Below are positions 46,403-57,749 of a DNA stretch of 64,000 nucleotides, piece by piece. Location of the stretch: NCBI GenBank assembly GCA_004764695.1, contig SMSO01000032.1:6542483-6606482 (forward strand), in the 5' to 3' direction. This DNA is from Schizochytrium sp. TIO01. Taxonomy: Eukaryota; Protista; Bigyra: Labyrinthulomycetes. Within the stretch, counting starts at the first letter, position 1. Each line of letters opens with the position of its first letter. The notes under the pieces were generated by a model. It was not told where the DNA came from. It searched no databases and worked only from the letters and a program-made list of their open reading frames with translations. Both the position numbers and the translations under genes were made by a program.

Positions 46403-48056
46403 CATCAGCGCTTTGCAGAACGAGCAAGAGCGTTAAAATTAAAATAAGAGAAGACGCACGACCGTTCATGTTCATCATCATTAACATCATTTTATTGTGC
46501 GAAATGACAAACTTCGAACATGATAAAATCTTCATTTCTCTTTCAGTTCTCCTTCTGTCTCTTAATTCAAAAAGAAAGAACTACTTTGGTGGTTCTTCTT
46601 CTGAGGAATTGTTAAGTATAAAAATTGTTGGGTCATTATTACGTCCAAAACAGAGTAGGCTCCCGAGTGCATTCACGTGTGAATGCACGCACGCAGGCAT
46701 TCTGCGGCGCCATAAACCGTGGACCGCACCGCGTGCTAGCTGCCATGCATTCGAGGCAGCTCTTCCGTGCTGCTGCTGTTGCTGCCGCTGCTGCTTTCGG
46801 CGGCGGCGCCTCCTGCCTCAGAGCCTTTGCCGTCGTCAACCTCTGAAGCGCTCGAGACAGACCAAGGTGAGGCATTGAAGCATAGCGCACACAGAAGTAA
46901 CGAAAGCCCTTCGAGCTCCACGACCAAAGCAAGTTCAACTTCAACTTGGCGGCGCAGCTTCCAGATCCTCTGAGGCGAGTGTGAGTCAAATCAAGACGCC
47001 TTTGGCAACCTGCGTCTACATCAATGGGCGAAGGGCCTTGGGTTTGAGCGTTTCAGAGTCGGATATCGTGTCACGAATTGCAATTTTATCATGTCTTGGT
47101 TTACAAATTTTTTTTAAAAATTGTTTTTTACAAAAATAATTTATAAATTGAAAAATAATAATTTTTAATCGAACAATGAAAAATGAAATTGCAATTGCTA
47201 TTGCAATTGTAATTCGTTTGGCTCGCCGAGATTAGATGCGCGAGAAGATTGCAGAAAGCAAGAGCTGCGGCTCTCGAATGGAGATCCCTTGGCATTAACA
47301 AAGTCAAAGGCGGCACGCACGCTTCGCAAGAGATAAATCACATCAGGAAAGCAAGACCTTGGCAGGAGATTGATTTAACTTACCAATGGTTCCAGAGCTA
47401 ACCAGTTTCTGGCGAGGCTGTGCGTCACACGGACTTCTTGGACGAGGAGTTCGCGTGAACCAGTCATCATGTGACCTCTCCAGCTGCCGATGCCTGCGCC
47501 AAAGTTGCCGAATCAACCAAGTGCATTTGCCGTCGCTGCTGCCATGCTTAACGCTTTCCATTCTCGTTGATTCGCACCTATCAGGTCTGAATTCTGCTCG
47601 AATTCGCAGCGACGGGGTTCAATTTTAACATGGGTAGGTCATCAGAAAACCCGGACCCTCCCGATCAGCCACGCAATAACTAGCGCTCCTCGACGAGCGC
47701 AAACTACGCCGACATGTCGAGCTCTGTCCAGACTATCATTCAGTCCTCAGGAGTACTACGCCTGCCAGTTCAGGCTCCAGCGGCCTCGCCTTCGCGGCAC
47801 CAGTTCACGGTGACTACGAACGGGAATCAATTGCAGAGCGTTACGGCAGCAGTAGCAGCAGCAGCGAAACGAGAACAACATTTGCACGACACTCCGCTGA
47901 TTCTGCAGTTTGATTGCGAGGCTCAGAAGCGGAGTCGAGGCATAGAGAGAGAGGCGGAAGGCAGTGGAAGCAATAATGAATGAATAATAGAAGTTTTGGA
48001 AAGTTATAGCAGATGGAGTAAAAGCATAGATAAATAGGCGACGATTGCTGGTGGGA

Positions 48057-51000
48057 TTACATGATTGTAATCACTGGATGCTCGTGCGTGTATACGTTGA
48101 AGCTTGCCTGTTCGGACAGGCGGAGATCCTTAGCGTACGTGGGGGTGAGAAGAAAGTGCTCCAAAAAGGTATAAACTTCATCGAGGGAGTGGGAAATAAG
48201 GACCAAATTTTGCGCCATCAAAGGGAGGTTGAGCAACAACGATAAATCATCTGATTCCAACAGGTTCTTGATAAATATGTCGTCATGATAAGCCTGTCGA
48301 AGGAAAGCATGGACCATGTCGGTCAATAGAGATGGTGTTGCTGCAAGGGGGCGTAGCACTGGGAGTGAATCTCGACGCTCAGATACTAAACGGGCGGAAA
48401 CAGCAGTAAAGGCAGATGTGAGCCAGCGATTTATGGCGAAATACGCACGCGCAGTCTCGGGAAGCATGCCATCTACAGCTTCGCCACAGCGATTTCGAAG
48501 GTATATACGAATGCCACCGAGGTGATGCATCTTCCACAACGAATGCCAAATTCGTCGAGTGCTCTCGACAACTGCCACGTACTCATCATAAGGCGCATCA
48601 TAATGTAAGTTCTGCTTTGTTTCAAGCTTAGCAGAGCGCAATTTCATGGCCATGTTCACGTATAATGTGGTTCCAATTTGATCCTCAAAAGCAGTGATCT
48701 TCGGATCTTCTGATTCAGACATAGAGGGATCTCGAAAACGCGCTGTGAGGACCTGCTCGTATAAAAGAATGTAATCGTGGAAAACTGTTGCAAGAGTCTT
48801 ACGAATAAGCGATCGCCCACTCACAGGCCAGATGCAGAGGGCTAAGAACAAAGCACCAACCGCGCCGATGACTGATGAAAGCATGACATACCCGGCATCA
48901 AGCCAATAGTATAATTGTGTAGGTTCCGCAACACTAAAATAAACTACAACCATGCTCGTAATGGTGCGCAATAAAGAGAAAAACGCATAAGCCTGCATTG
49001 GCATAATTTGCTTGATATAAAAGTACACACCAAGTGCAATAAGTTCAAATGCAAGAAAGATCCACTGTCGATTTGCCTGCCCGCATCCGCCGATACAGGT
49101 AAACTCCCAAGCAATTCCAGCTAAAACTAATCCTGCAGCAATACCACCCAGACGGTGCAGAAAACGTTCTATTACAAGCCCCGCCTCTGTTTTAAGAAGA
49201 ACAACCTGGAATGTGAAAATTGCATTGACAAGCTGTACCGTTGAGTACACCGCGTACGACGTCGAAAGCATGCCTGGCAAAGATAGCATGACCGTACCAA
49301 ATGTATACTTAAGTGACCCTTTCCATCTTGAATCGTTGAAGAAACGGACCATCAAGGCTTCGCATCGACCTAAAAACGTTTCTGGAGCCTCGTAGAGTGC
49401 AGAGCGCGCTGCTGCTTGTTTCCCGTTGATTAGCTTGTCCACAAAGGGAAATGTATATTTCCATTCTTTTTGCCAATCCTTTTTATCGCGAAGGCTTTCT
49501 GTGCGAAATGTAATTAATGTGTCTTCATGTGCTTTAGTGAGCTTGAGCATAGCTTGAATGTATGTAATGATTTTAATTCGCTTGAAAAAGGCTGTTACCA
49601 GCTCTGTGGAGCTTTCATATGCCATTGCTGCATGCATGCGAACATAGCGTCGAGTCCAAGTTACCGCGAGGCTTTCGAGCTCAGATGCAATTTTATTCAT
49701 GATTTTTTGTTCACTTTCGAGATCTTCAAACTCTTTCTCCAAACCTTTACAACCTGGGTCCGATCCAGCTAACTTTGCGAGCCGATGAGCGCCAAGCTCC
49801 ATAAGGAGGCTTAATTCAGTGATTAGCATTGGAATTCGTTTAAGCTCGACCTTATGACGCTCATTCTCTTCATCATTAACACAGATATCTAGAGCTGCAG
49901 TTTGCTTCCTGAAGAGACGCTTGTCAGCGTGCAAGTCACGAGCCAGCTCGTTAAAATCTTTAGAACGAGCACCAAGGATATCAAGCGCTGTGCTGCGTGC
50001 GATGCGTGTCATGTGCAAACTACGTTCGTAGCGGTCTAAGTAAGCCATACCTTCACCATTGAATTTAAACCGTGTCTCAACTAAAGCAGCCTCAAACCAA
50101 GTCTGGGCAAGAGCAATTGAACTGATATCCCGTTGGTGAGCTTCTTCAAGCTCCTGAAGTAGTTCTGCATCCACATTTGAAGAGTCATAGTTGGCTGCGT
50201 TTGCTGGATCAAGCGAATGCATAGCAATGCGATCATAGATTGGTCGCAACTTATGCAATAATGAAGCATGAGCTGAGTATCGGGAACTCAAAGCTGCTTT
50301 CATTCGGGTTACGCCTAAAAATGGAAAAAAGATGAAAGCCGCGGCGAGATGCAAGGCATAAGGGATCCCCATTGCAAAAGTACCATAGTTGAGAATCTTA
50401 ATGCTTGCGTCAAAAATTTCCTCATCAGTACTGGATGAGGACTTAAAGTTTGCGTTGGCGAAAATCGCAACAGCAATGAGAGAGAAGTTAACTAGCTGGA
50501 TAATTGTGGCTGTTAAGTTTGTAGGATGCTTCCAGACCATGAGAATGAGCACCATGATTGCAAGCGATTGCAATGTAGCATAACCGCCAAGGTTATTTAA
50601 GGAGACTGACGCCATGAAAACTGTGTACGCATAAATCAGGGGCCAGATGATCATAAAAATAAACGAGTGATTTACCTCCATGCCAATGCATGTTTGCTGC
50701 AAAGGGCGGAGCGGAAGGACGACAGTGTAAACAGAAATCAAATTGGTAAGGCTTCCACCATAAAGTCGAATAGTAGGAGAATATGGCAGGAGGAGACCCA
50801 CAACACAGACTATCACATGTCTGATGATGTTTTTCTCAATTTGAGTAAGCCCCATAACTTTATTCCACAGCTGTTTGAAAGGTCTTAAACAAACTGGGGT
50901 TTCCTTTGCTTTTTTGTCTTCCGCTTCTCCATTTGCTGCAGGCGTTGCTGCTGGGGACTCTGATTCAAACCCAGATGATGATTCTGGCCGATGAAGTCGA

Positions 51001-51266
51001 CCAGAACGCCCTCCCTTGTCTAATCGATAAAGGCTGCGTTGTGAGATAAGGGACTCAAATCCAGATATATTCCTTAAATAATTTCGAGCATAGTGTTCCA
51101 CGCCTTCCTCAAGATCAGATTTGTCAATCTGCTCTTCGATCCGAGAGGCCGCTTCTCGCTCATCATTAACAGCCTCCCTGAGTTCTGTTCGAAGGCTTTC
51201 TTCACGCTTGTCTTCATCATATTCCTGAAACGGGGCTTCTGCCCCTCCTACATCTTGCTGAGCCAT
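48057..51266 (-). CDS. ALMT/FUSC-superfamily membrane protein, paralog 7, 1069 aa from MAQQD
   Basis: Same motif set. The track start at 51284 is GTG; the first ATG is at 51266 (aacatcATGg). Confidence 0.8.
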   Translation of the reverse strand: MAQQDVGGAEAPFQEYDEDKREESLRTELREAVNDEREAASRIEEQIDKSDLEEGVEHYARNYLRNISGFESLISQRSLYRLDKGGRSGRLHRPESSSGFESESPAATPAANGEAEDKKAKETPVCLRPFKQLWNKVMGLTQIEKNIIRHVIVCVVGLLLPYSPTIRLYGGSLTNLISVYTVVLPLRPLQQTCIGMEVNHSFIFMIIWPLIYAYTVFMASVSLNNLGGYATLQSLAIMVLILMVWKHPTNLTATIIQLVNFSLIAVAIFANANFKSSSSTDEEIFDASIKILNYGTFAMGIPYALHLAAAFIFFPFLGVTRMKAALSSRYSAHASLLHKLRPIYDRIAMHSLDPANAANYDSSNVDAELLQELEEAHQRDISSIALAQTWFEAALVETRFKFNGEGMAYLDRYERSLHMTRIARSTALDILGARSKDFNELARDLHADKRLFRKQTAALDICVNDEENERHKVELKRIPMLITELSLLMELGAHRLAKLAGSDPGCKGLEKEFEDLESEQKIMNKIASELESLAVTWTRRYVRMHAAMAYESSTELVTAFFKRIKIITYIQAMLKLTKAHEDTLITFRTESLRDKKDWQKEWKYTFPFVDKLINGKQAAARSALYEAPETFLGRCEALMVRFFNDSRWKGSLKYTFGTVMLSLPGMLSTSYAVYSTVQLVNAIFTFQVVLLKTEAGLVIERFLHRLGGIAAGLVLAGIAWEFTCIGGCGQANRQWIFLAFELIALGVYFYIKQIMPMQAYAFFSLLRTITSMVVVYFSVAEPTQLYYWLDAGYVMLSSVIGAVGALFLALCIWPVSGRSLIRKTLATVFHDYILLYEQVLTARFRDPSMSESEDPKITAFEDQIGTTLYVNMAMKLRSAKLETKQNLHYDAPYDEYVAVVESTRRIWHSLWKMHHLGGIRIYLRNRCGEAVDGMLPETARAYFAINRWLTSAFTAVSARLVSERRDSLPVLRPLAATPSLLTDMVHAFLRQAYHDDIFIKNLLESDDLSLLLNLPLMAQNLVLISHSLDEVYTFLEHFLLTPTYAKDLRLSEQASFNVYTHEHPVITIM

Positions 51267-51875
51267 GATGTTTGTCAAGCCCACAAGTACAGTCTCTAAT
51301 TCTGTATTTTGCTATAAAATTTGCAGCTTGAAGTGCCTGAGTAAAGGTTAGGCACGAGAGTTAAATTCAAGAAATCACAGAGGAGCACAAAATTTCACCA
51401 GCAACAGTCTCCCTGTCTTGACAATTGATGATTAAATTCTGCAAAGCTCTGTCACTAGGCTGTACAGCTTTGGGTATTCTGCTTTCGCCAATAATAGCTT
51501 AAGAAACACCTGCAACGCGCGATCACAGCCAATACGCAACAGTGAATATGCTATGCTACAAGAACCACCAGCGGTTGCTCTTATACCGCCTTTGCCTCCG
51601 TGAGCCCCCCCCCTTTGCAAAGGGCAGCCCACGCCCTTCTGGCAAGCAGGATACAGCTTTGCTCTTTGAGTTCGCCGTCTTGAAGAGTGGAGCGAGCTGA
51701 TCAGAAGATCTGCAGCGAACTCTACCAAATGTTAGAAGGGTGTACGAAAGAGAAAAAAGTCCTGATCACTTTTCCGACTAACTTACAGCGGAGCAGTGAC
51801 TTGTTTGGGTTCCTTCGCAGTGGAGTCCTGGTGTGCAAGCTCGTCTCCACCAGAGCTAGATTATCCTTCCCGTGC
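51267..51875 (-). promoter_or_regulatory. Putative AUG-free 5' leader of paralog 7
   Basis: No CAT on the + strand over 609 nt. Minus-strand GTAAGT donor-like site at 51786. Confidence 0.55.
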
Positions 51876-52880
51876 CATTGATTGATCCCATCTACTCGCA
51901 ATCCATGCGAATTTTGTTTTCCTCACCTAAGTAACCATAAACAAACTAAGACTCGAGGAATCCTCACTTTTCTTTTCATTTTTGCTCAGTCGTCGCACAG
52001 AGTTTGACGCCGAACTGGAGAGCTTCGCATATCGATTGAAACCTATCGCACGAGGATGTGCAGGCGCGTTCAATCGCTGACTCTCTGCGCCCCTGGGCAC
52101 GAAGTGGGCCCCAGGAGACTCGCGGGAGCCACTTGCGGAAGATCCTGTCACTTGGATTGGCGGTCTGGAAATTGTTGAAGGTACGATCTTTCTCTATTGG
52201 CTTCTGCAGTTTAGGGTCCTTCGCGACCAGAACCCAAAGCATCTGAGAAGCTTGTGTTGCAGGCAATGATCTTACCAAATATTGGTCTTGGTCTGCAGAA
52301 CATCAACTTAGCTCATCAGTTCTTCGCTATAAATTTACGTTCTTGCGCTACGCTGTGAGGATTTTACGTTGGTTACACGTTAGGTCAAGTGATTCAGGCT
52401 TCGAAGGAACAAGCTTCTGCGTGTCAGAAAGTCCGAAATCTGAGGCACAGAGGTCAAGACGAATGGTGGGGAGAGCAGAAGTCTCGAACCATGAGCGACG
52501 CCAGGAAGACGATGGGGTTTGAGTTGAACCCGCTTCATTGAACTGATTGTCTTTCAAGACCGATTTTATAAACGATGAATATATAAAGATCAATTAGATG
52601 AGATGTAATGTCTGGAAAATCCATGGTAAATGTTAAAGAGATCAATGCTTAGGGACTCCATTTCGACAGAAGCGGAGAGAAGCGAAAAGTGAGAAATGTT
52701 GAACAGTTGGGAAAGGTGATATTTTCAAAACTTATCAAACTTGGATGTATCAGAATTTAGAGAGAAAAAAAAAAAAAAACAGAAACAGAGAGAAACAGAG
52801 TGGATCGTGAGAACGTAATAAATGCTGCAGTCCATGACGTACCTGAGTGATCCAATGACTTGACTTAATATGTGGGTTTT

Positions 52881-55800
52881 CTAATTATTGTTGTTGTTGT
52901 TGATGGCGTAAATGTCGAAGGTATGTTGTTCTGCTTCCCGGAGGCGCTCTGCATAGTCAGGCACAGGAAGGTAGTTCTCCATGAGCGTAAATAGGTCGTC
53001 TAGCGCAAAGGAGATTTGCATCATGCTATCTGCAAAGAAAGGCAGATTAGCGAGAAGATTGAGGTCTCGAGATCCCATTATTTGCCCTAACAAAAGTTCA
53101 TCATTATACGCTTGAGTTAGCAAATCTTGGAGCATCTCGTTCAGTAAATGGGGACTTGCTGCAAGTGGACGCAGGACCGGTAACGATTCACGCTGTGACG
53201 AACCAAGCTGAGCGGCTGCGGTAGCAAAAGCCGAAGTCAGCCAGCGATTGACGGCAAAAAAAGAACGAGCAGTGGCAGGTTGCATGGCAACAGTTGGATT
53301 GCCATCCTTATCACGCACGTAAATTCGGATGCCACCAAGGTGATGGAGCTTCCATAAGGAGTGCCAAATCAGACGTGTGCTGTCAACAGCCTTGACGTAC
53401 ATTTCGTGTGGGGCATCATGGTTAACATGCTGCATTGTCTCAAGCTCGGCAGAACGAAGCTTGGGCATCATATTTACATAGAGATCGTGAGCAATAACAT
53501 GCTCAAAAGTTTCCACACGCATCAGCATCTCCTCGCCGCGTTCTGGACGCTCATAGCGTGCAGTGAGAACCTTTTCGTAGAGCACCACAAAGTTGTGATA
53601 AGTATGCGAGAGTGTCTTGCGGATAAAGAAACGCCCGCTCGAGGGCCAAAGAAAGAACGCCAACACCAGGGCTGCTGCGCCACCAATTGCTGAGGAGGCA
53701 ACCACATATCCGGATTGGGACCAAGCATATCCCATATCAGCTTCAACGGTAGCAGTGGAAAGCATGGCGAGACTGACCACGGTACGACAAGCTGAGAATC
53801 CAACATAACCATGAGCAGGCACAACACTACGAAACCAAAGGTAACCTCCAATAGTAGCCATCTCAACAGCAAAAAGAATCCAATAATAATAGTCGGTCAG
53901 GCATGTGCCAATGCATGCAAGTTCCCATCCGACGCCAATGATGATTGCGCCGATTGCGATACCAAAAACACGATGCAAAGTACGTTCAATGACCAGGCCT
54001 GTCTGGGTCTTAAAAAGGATGAACTGAAACGAGACGTTTGCATTCAAAAGCTGAATACCAGTAAAGAGTGCATGTGAGTTTGTCATAAGCCCGGGAAGAA
54101 CAAGGCATGTGGTACCAAGCGCAAATTTGAACGACATTTTCCAGGTGTAGCTGGAAAAGAATTTTGTGCACCAATTCTCAACACGACCCATTACGCTCTT
54201 TACTGGCTGATAGAAAGAGCGCCGGCTGGCATTGTAGTAAGAAGGCAGCTCAGTGTATTGAAATGGAAAAGTGTACTTCCATTCCTGGAACCAAAAGCTT
54301 GGTTGGATTTCATATTCACTGGCAAGGTCATGCCACACCTTTTCGTGTGCCTTAATTAGTTTGAGAAGAATGAGAACGTAGGTAATAAGCTTGGTACGAC
54401 GAAAGAATGTCTCTTTGTTCGGGCGGGAGAGGTTGTGCACGCGAGCAGCATGCGCTTTAAGCACACGCTCCATCCAAGTTACAGAAAGATCCTCAAGCTC
54501 GATCGCGTACTTATTGAGAGCCTCTTGCTCTTGCTCAAGAAGGCCAAGGAGTTGCGTTCGGTCTTTTGACCAGTCAACCTCATCGTGTTTAGGGGGTGGC
54601 AAGCTCACCAAAGTAGCCAGACGTTGTGCTCCAACCTCAAGGAGGATGTTGATCTTGGTAATAAGAAGAGGGATTTGGGTGCGTTCTAAGACCTTGCGAT
54701 TAAGTTCTGCAGTGTCTAGTTCAACATTCTCTTGCTGTTCCTGCTCCAAGAAGCGCTCCTGCTCCCGCCGAAGATCTTTGCCAGCGCGTTCATCTCCACG
54801 GGACGCAAGGTATTGCTTGCGATGCAAGGCCCCGAATGCAGCTGAACGAGCAATACGTGTGACACTCAGGTTGCCATTGTAACGCTGGAGGTAGCGAATA
54901 CCTTCTCCACGAAACATAAAGCGAGTTTCAAGAAGCGCTGCTGCAACCCACTTCTGACCGAGTGCAATCGAAGCAACTTCATGCTCATGTGCGGTCTTTA
55001 ATTCTTGCAGAACTTCGTCAGGGATACCTGAGGGAGTGGTCTGCAGGGTTGGGTCAAAAGTGTACATGGCAATTCGCCCATAGACAGGACGAAGTCGGCG
55101 AAGAAGCACAGCGTGAGCAGAGTAACGGGTGCTCAAGGCTTGGCGAGTCTGACCCACTGCAAACCATGGGAAGATCATTACAGAACCAAGCCAGTGGAGA
55201 ATTACGGATACTCCAAGCACAAAGGTTGCACCCGTAATGGTTTTAATGGATAGCCAAAACTCATCCTCAGCTACACTACCAAGGTTGACATCACGCCATA
55301 CCTGAAGGTGCATGATGGAAAAAATAATGGTTTCAATCAAAATGCCAAGAATGATAGAGGGGTAAGAGAGCCCAATCATAATAGCAACCAGAACAGCAAT
55401 TCCAAAGAGTGCGAGGAAACCAGCAATGTTGTGCAAAGTTACTGCAATCATAAAAACAGAATAAGCATAAAGGAAGGGCCACGTGACGAGGCATGCTATG
55501 AATTGTTCAGTCTCAGCACCAATAAATGTATCATTGAATGGACGTAATCCAAGCACCAGAACGAAAATAGGAATAAGATATTCGAGATCGTTTCGCGAGA
55601 GTTCCCCGATACTAGGCATCCATTGCAGGATACATGCAATAAGTGCCACAACAGCATTCCGAGTGAGGACTTTCCAAAACCGGCTGGTCTTACCTGAGAA
55701 GAATGTGCGCAAGGAGCTCATGCATGAGCCAATTTGCTCTTTTGCTTTAGATGCTGCTGACGGCTTTTTCTCTTCTTCTTTTTCTGGGAGAGGAATGCAA

Positions 55801-56057
55801 GGGTTCCAAGACTCCGAATTCGGGTTTACGCCGTCATTCTGTGGATGGTACTCTTGATCTTCGGCTAGTGAAGTGATTTCTCTAAGACTCTCCTTTGCGT
55901 AAAGTTCTACTCTATTAAACAAATTGCCATGTTCTTCTGAAGATTCAAGATCTGAGACTTGGGAGCGCTCATTATGTGCAATTGTCTCAAGTTCTGAGCG
56001 CAGGCGGTCCTGTTCCGCATCTTCAGACCAGTCACCGAAGAGTTCGTTAGCTGCCAT
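52881..56057 (-). CDS. ALMT/FUSC-superfamily membrane protein, paralog 8, 1058 aa
   Basis: Same motif set. The charged linker REQERFLEQE...ELNRKVLER resembles paralogs 1 and 3. Ends in poly-Asn. Confidence 0.8.
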   Translation of the reverse strand: MAANELFGDWSEDAEQDRLRSELETIAHNERSQVSDLESSEEHGNLFNRVELYAKESLREITSLAEDQEYHPQNDGVNPNSESWNPCIPLPEKEEEKKPSAASKAKEQIGSCMSSLRTFFSGKTSRFWKVLTRNAVVALIACILQWMPSIGELSRNDLEYLIPIFVLVLGLRPFNDTFIGAETEQFIACLVTWPFLYAYSVFMIAVTLHNIAGFLALFGIAVLVAIMIGLSYPSIILGILIETIIFSIMHLQVWRDVNLGSVAEDEFWLSIKTITGATFVLGVSVILHWLGSVMIFPWFAVGQTRQALSTRYSAHAVLLRRLRPVYGRIAMYTFDPTLQTTPSGIPDEVLQELKTAHEHEVASIALGQKWVAAALLETRFMFRGEGIRYLQRYNGNLSVTRIARSAAFGALHRKQYLASRGDERAGKDLRREQERFLEQEQQENVELDTAELNRKVLERTQIPLLITKINILLEVGAQRLATLVSLPPPKHDEVDWSKDRTQLLGLLEQEQEALNKYAIELEDLSVTWMERVLKAHAARVHNLSRPNKETFFRRTKLITYVLILLKLIKAHEKVWHDLASEYEIQPSFWFQEWKYTFPFQYTELPSYYNASRRSFYQPVKSVMGRVENWCTKFFSSYTWKMSFKFALGTTCLVLPGLMTNSHALFTGIQLLNANVSFQFILFKTQTGLVIERTLHRVFGIAIGAIIIGVGWELACIGTCLTDYYYWILFAVEMATIGGYLWFRSVVPAHGYVGFSACRTVVSLAMLSTATVEADMGYAWSQSGYVVASSAIGGAAALVLAFFLWPSSGRFFIRKTLSHTYHNFVVLYEKVLTARYERPERGEEMLMRVETFEHVIAHDLYVNMMPKLRSAELETMQHVNHDAPHEMYVKAVDSTRLIWHSLWKLHHLGGIRIYVRDKDGNPTVAMQPATARSFFAVNRWLTSAFATAAAQLGSSQRESLPVLRPLAASPHLLNEMLQDLLTQAYNDELLLGQIMGSRDLNLLANLPFFADSMMQISFALDDLFTLMENYLPVPDYAERLREAEQHTFDIYAINNNNNN

Positions 56058-57749
56058 TTGCCCCCCAAGGCTCTGTTTTTTTGTTTACTTTTTTTCGCTG
56101 TAACTTCAGTGATTTCAGATTTTGGTTTTGGTCACAATCAGACAACTATGTGTTACTTTGATGTCTCTTCAAATGGGCACAACACACAAATTGTTCGACT
56201 TGACTTGTGTCTTTCCACCCAAGATCACGTAGAAAGAACAGGCGAGGAAAACACAACTGATGAGAAAACAACGAAGTTGATAGAGAAGGGCAAGATCTTG
56301 AGATCCAACAGGAACCCTAGAATTGAAAAGTTGCGAGTGGCAAAGTCCCGAACACGTTCACGCAAACTTCCCCGTCACTCTTGTTGCACCGACCAATTCT
56401 GGGCCGGTTTTACTGACCTCCTAGCCTTCTTGCTATATTGGCAACAACACACCCACCAATAGCCTTTATCAGAGCAATTGAGGTACGTAACGACGATCTT
56501 GCTTTGCAATGTACCCGCTTAGCGGTTCCTGAAGGATATTTTGATTGAGTTTTCGAAGAAAAAAAAAATCGCGAAGACTGGCTGATCCCAATTTGGATCT
56601 GATCAGGTCGAGGTGAGGACGTTCCTATTCGGGTGGTTCTTGCAGGATCCGCACTGCTTTTACAAGCAGATGCCTTGACTTTTCTTCAGGGGTGCGTGCT
56701 AACTGATTCTAGGAGGTTCCCTTTTTATCAGTATAATGTTTGTTGGTCAATGCAGGCAACCAACGTGATTGGTACGTGTACAAGATGAACCTCCAAAAAC
56801 GTGGTTTGCCGTTGTTGTTGTCACTGTCTTTGCGACAAGGGCGCCTCAGTGACGTCTGCCAAGTTCACTGACGATTCTAAGGAGTTTAGTTTCTACAAGG
56901 ATCTTGTGGGAATAAGATCTATAGGCAATGGTTTTTCTGTGGACCCTAATTGTCTCCAGAGGACAAGCAAAAGAAATGTGGCTGTGACGAGGGACTTTAT
57001 CGAGCGAGATTCTCTAAATGACCTTCAAGCGTGTTGAAGACCTCTCCTTGTTTGCCAAGAACGTACCCTGCACAATCTCAATGCTCTTTCAACGCTTATG
57101 AAGGAGCTTCGTTCAAAGTTGTTGAATAACACTTGGGTGGAAGGCACCAAGTCAAGACGGAATGAAGTAATGCGTGGCCCTTTGCGTACCTGGACCCTCG
57201 GACTTGAAGCGAGAGCCTCCAAGCACCGTCTTCTGTTTCCAGGTCAATGCGCGATACTCACGCTTGAGCCCTGTATCGAAAGGGTTGATTCAGGAGCGAG
57301 TGCTCAGAGCAGAGTTGGTTGAAATGCCGCAAATTGACTGAAGACTGACGAAAATGTATCGAAATGTATCGAAACCGGCGACTGATCAACCAAGTGATCA
57401 CGACTCGGGCCGACTCGAGCCGACCGAGTAACCACGTGACTTGCTTGGCGAGTGGACAGATAAGGGACGTAGCCCGCTGCCGGCAGCCTTCACGAAGCCG
57501 ACTGGAGTTGCACGCCTTGCGCAAGGGGAGCAGGCCAGAACCGGAGGTGGCTTGCCAGTTCCTCTGCTTTCTTTCCCTCCTTCGTTCGTTCTTTCTTTTC
57601 TTTAGTTTTTGTTGTTGTTGTGCTGTTGTTGACTCTTTGCCAAAGAGATGTGGCTGAAAGCAACCAGCCTACCCTGCTGGTTCGAAAGGTCTATGCTGAT
57701 GTTCTTTGGGGAGGTCCTGTCACGTATCTACCAGACTAACAGCGTTGGT
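56058..57749 (-). promoter_or_regulatory. Putative AUG-free 5' leader of paralog 8
   Basis: No CAT on the + strand over 1692 nt, while more than 20 ATGs occur on the + strand. Confidence 0.7.

Noticed and set aside
51687-51881. + strand peptide DLFGFLRSGVLVCKLV resembling a calponin-homology motif
   Set aside because: Only about 16 aa resemble the motif, a stop follows shortly, no consistent splice path completes the domain, and it lies antisense within the paralog 7 leader.
10872-57438. CACGTG E-box copies upstream of several paralogs
   Set aside because: Frequency is near chance for a hexamer, positions are inconsistent, and I did not find one upstream of some paralogs.
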